Assembly (NCBI GenBank): GCA_964016885.1
Contig: OZ024742.1
Location: forward strand, 231,818,001 to 231,882,000
Source: Eledone cirrhosa
Taxonomy: Eukaryota
Length of the DNA: 64,000 bases
Reading direction: 5' to 3'
The notes beneath the pieces are model-generated. The model did not search any database. It worked only from the letters and a program-made list of their open reading frames with translations, and was not told the origin of the DNA. Numbering within the stretch: the stretch's first letter is position 1; each line of letters opens with the position of its first letter. Position numbers and translations under genes: made by a program. This document shows positions 59,788-64,000 of the stretch, piece by piece.

Positions 59788-60580
59788 ATATCTATCTATC
59801 TAAGGCGGGTAAAATTCCCGAGATCCATGGACGAGTTCTCTCCAGCGGTCTCTGTCCCTCATTATCGCTGCCATGTGCTGCATCTCCAACAGACCAGTGT
59901 CTGTCCTTAGGGCATCAACATACGTTAACCTTGGTCTTCCTCTTCTAGTGTGTCCATGTAGGGGATCCCAAAGGAGTACTGAGTGCAATGTCAACTCTGG
60001 ATGTCGGTGAGCATGTCCAGCTAACCTCAGTCTCCTCTGTGTCACTTTTGAGCTGACTTTTGGGATGCTCCCATACAGCTCTGAGTTTTTCATTCTCAGT
60101 GTATACTGATTAATGTTCAGAGCCATCCTCAGCATTCTCGTGTAGCACCCATCCACCATCTGAAAAAGGTATCGGATGCTGAATTTGCCGACGACATAGT
60201 TTTGGTGACAAATACAGTGAAGGAGGCAGAGGATTTGATGCGGGAGGTTGAGACTGTGTCGATGAGTGTGGGGCTGAGAATGAATGAGACTAAAACAAAA
60301 TATCTGGTAGAGAATGTTGAGAAGCCAGAGGGGATCACTAATGTAGGCGGGAAGCCGCTGGAATTGGTTGAGGACTTCCTGTATTGGGGAGCAAAGATTG
60401 GGAATACGGAAGATAATGTGGTTGAGAGGAAGAGCAAGGCCTGGGCGGCGTGCCACAGCTTGAGATCGGTGTGGAAGTCGGACCTTCGTAGAGACCTGAA
60501 AAACCGCCTCTTCATTGCTGTAGTGGAGACTGTGCTGCTGTATGGGTCTGAGACTTGGACACTGACCAAGAAACCCAATA
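59788..60580 (-). mobile_element. RTE-clade LINE with internal 5' inversion
   Basis: The 3' part (59800-60160, minus) reads DGCYTRMLR..RLAGH..GRPRLTY with a (TAGA)n tail; the upstream part (60166-60580) is on plus: FADD..VEDFLY..LLYGSETWTLTK. Confidence 0.85.
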
Positions 60581-60967
60581 TATACCTTTGATAAATACAT
60601 ACATAGTTAGGAAATTACAAATACAAACACGACTAGTTAGGAAATTACAAGTACAATCCATTAAAGGAACAGTAAAAATATGTAAAACATTTCAAAAGTG
60701 TTGCATCTAATAACTGCATATACACATGTACAGATACATGTACATTTATGTATGCACATGCACACATACAACTCAAAACATACACATACACACAAACAAT
60801 AACGCCCATACCTACACATGCATGCAGACGTGCATACATATCTACCTAGTTGATGTGTAAATTCCAATGAGAGAGTCTTGTAACTATGTTAGCAACCGAC
60901 TCTCACTCTATCGGCAAAAATTTGTGAAATCATAAAACCAGAAGAACAAACATAAATACATACATAC

Positions 60968-61430
60968 ATGATGGCTGCAAACTCTGCTAAGAGTATTGTA
61001 ATCGCTTGTCAGATTACAGAAAATGCTGCACATTTAGGCTACGGCCAGCCACACTAACCTGTAACATATCGTGAACAAGCAATGCCTGTGCTTTGAAGGT
61101 TTTTTAAGTGGGGAAGGCCTTGCACTCGACCAACCTCACTCTCTGAGCATTGAAAATACTACCCGAAAAGGAGAACTGGTCAACATCATCGGATGCTTCT
61201 GAAGCCGAAGGTTTTTTTTTTCAGAGTTTCGCTCTCCTAGAAAGGTGATGTGATAACAACTGGGGGCCTTTCACTCCCAGGTGAAAAAAAAAAAAAAAAA
61301 ACTATTTGGATGGCCATTGACTCTGCTGGGTTCCTCCGCCCTTTTCCGGGTCTTGTATTTCCTCCCGCAAAGTATCCAAATATCATCCTCCTCACCAAGC
61401 AAGCCGGTTTAGTCGCCGACGACCCAACCA
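60968..61430 (-). mobile_element. Repeat family B copy
   Basis: Reverse complement of 33830-34277; (TACA)n flanks. Confidence 0.7.
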
Positions 61431-62145
61431 TAAATACATACATAAATACATACATACATCACATTACATCACTGGCACCCCGTCGTTTACGACGTCGAGT
61501 GTTCCAGATTGATACGATCAATGGAACAGCCTGCTTGTGAAATTAACGTATAAGTGGCGGATCATTCCACAGACACACATACTCTTAACGTAGTTCTCAG
61601 GGAGATTCAGCGTGACATAGAATGTGACAAGGCTGGCCTACTGGCCATTCAAATTACAGGTACAACTGTAATTTGCCGGCTGAGTGAACTGAAATAAAGT
61701 GTATTGCTCAAGGACACAACGCGCCACCGGGAATCGAACTCTTTACCTTACAATTGTGAGCCGAATACCCTAATCACAAGCCCATGCGTCTTCACACACG
61801 TGGCGACTACAATTCGATTTCGAGTAATTCCATCGCTTGATACTTAAGCCTGAGCATCACAGACGTGGCTTTTTAGTCCTGCTAGGGACTTGCCTGTGGC
61901 CAGCAATACCAGGCATCGCAAAAAATGTCATATATCAAGCGATGCCTGTACTTGAACCCACTCTCTGAACATCGATTGCATTTGCCCCAAAAGAACAACT
62001 GGTCTACATCATTGGATGCAAACGAAGTCGCAGGTTTTATATCAGAGTGACCTTCTCCTAGAGAGATGTCTTAATGAAGACTAGGAGTCTATCGCACCAC
62101 AAAAAAAACATACATACATATATACATACATACATGCATACATGC

Positions 62146-62178
<33 letters not shown>

Positions 62179-62244
62179 TGTATGTATGTATGTATGTATG
62201 TATGTATGTATGTATGTATGTATGCATGTATGTATGTATGTATG

Positions 62245-62853
62245 TCAGGTCACCAGTTGGTGCTACTGGTAACATGTATCCCAGTACAACCTGTCTCATG
62301 GTCGGGTCGTTGGCGACTAAACTGGCAACCCCACCAAGGTTTCTTAGTGAGGAGGGTGACTTTGGACATCCTGCAGGACTAAAAACAAAACCTGTCAAAA
62401 GGCAAAGGAGCTCTTAAGAGTCAATGGCCATCCAAAATCACCGGGAGAGATGACCCCTTAGCCTTTGTCAAGGCAGAATTCTAGGAGAAGGAAAACTCTG
62501 ATATAACACCTGCAACCCTAATGGTATCCAATGATGTTGACTTGTTCTTCTTTTTGGTAAATATCATCTTGGTTAAGAGAGTGGGACTGGCTTTGTGCAG
62601 TGCCTTGGCTCACTATAAAAGCTTCACGGCACAGGCATTGCTTTATATCTGGAGATCTCTCTGCACTTGTCGTCACATGGTACCTTGGGCCCAGCACTAT
62701 GTGTCAATAATTGTCACAAGTGTAGTGTTTGTACCAGAGTTTTCAAGTCGCTGGCTGGACTAAAAAGTCACACTCGTTCAGCGCATCGGTAGGGGTTCTC
62801 CTACATGGATATAAAGTAGTGGCCGTACTCGAAAACGCGTTGGCAGCCACCAT
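62245..62853 (+). mobile_element. Repeat family B copy
   Basis: First ~170 bp match 33772; same 3' end; (TATG)n flanks. Confidence 0.65.
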
Positions 62854-62985
62854 GTATGTATGTATGAATGTATTCATGAATATACATATTTACATATGCG
62901 TATGTATGTGTGTGTGTGTGTGTACATATATATGCTATGGATTTTTTGGGTAATAAACCTATAAAGCATGAACTGTATTTGTGTA

Positions 62986-63060
<75 letters not shown>

Positions 63061-64000
63061 AATAAAATCTACACTCTACTTTCCTTAAAGTTGCGTAATC
63101 AGGAGTATATGCTTGTGAACATAGATACTGGACATGTAAAATAAAAGTTTATGTGTCTTATTCATACATATGTTAAAACACATTATAGTTGTCAACTGGT
63201 TATATTAAGCGATGTCGTGAACTAACATTTCAATGCTTATTTTCAATTTTTTTTATACGGTATCATAACTATAATAAAGGGCCGCGGGACTGCATCCAGA
63301 ATATATTTTTTAATCGCGTTTGTAAAATAAGTTGGATTACTTTGAATTAATAATTGTTTCTACTTTAGGCACAAGGCCAGCAATTATCCAGTACATTACT
63401 GGTATTTTATTTTATCGACCCCGTAAGGATGAAAGGCAAAGTTAACCTTTAAATTAATAATGAATGAATATTACATAATTTTCGTAACTGTTGATTAAAA
63501 ATAAATAATTTTATTGTTTATTTTAAGATTCACTTTCTTCAATTTTCAAATGTCAACACTTCCGGTTAGAGCCTGTTATATTATAACATTTATTACATCG
63601 CTTATATAAACGTTCATATATTTCCGTCGCTAATTTTCTCCTAATCAGTTTATATAAAATATCGACTTTTTTTTAATGTATCATGGATTACGTTACTGAT
63701 TACATAAGACAGTGTAAAAAATCTTCGTTCAATTTCTGTGCATATTGTCAATTACGATTTCATTTGATGTATCATATCTACATGTATATATATTTGCGTA
63801 TAATATCAATATACACATAACACATGCTAGCAGAAAACCACCCTTCCGGTGGTTTTCTGCTAGTAAAAAAAAAAATGAAAATAAGCACTGAAATGTTATT
63901 TTACGACAACGCTTAATATAACCAGTTGACAACTAATCTATGTTCATACGCACGCGCACATGCTTTCTGCTTATGTACTATGAATCTTGTGTTTTGCCTT

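Noticed and set aside
62245-62335. HDV-like ribozyme at the start of family B
   Set aside because: Could not build a consistent P1/P3/L3 double pseudoknot; a simple hairpin explains the pairing.

Overview
AT-rich, microsatellite-dense eukaryotic DNA. The (TA)n/(CA)n/(TATG)n load, tRNA-derived SINEs and many Penelope-like elements (PLEs) suggest a cephalopod (octopus-like) genome; this is inference, not a database result. Only one host gene is visible, a cytochrome P450 with an uninterrupted CDS (944-2485). The rest is nested transposable elements: a near-complete but decayed Ty3/Gypsy element (11208-16911), a near-full-length PLE with direct pLTRs (16917-22390), truncated PLEs with inverted pLTRs, Tx1/L1, RTE, CRE-like and R4-like LINE fragments, Helitrons, mariner/hAT MITEs and SINEs. 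The most notable signal is non-coding. About ten sequence-unrelated families of short (TA)n-embedded fold-back elements mostly share one architecture: (TA)n, an inverted tail-less arm, an arm plus a 60-140 bp tail, then (TA)n. Most carry type I hammerhead ribozyme (HHR) motifs, often with palindromic stem III. In several, the fold-back axis sits inside the ribozyme, leaving mirror-image half-hammerheads. All folds and alignments were done by eye; coordinates of degraded elements are approximate.
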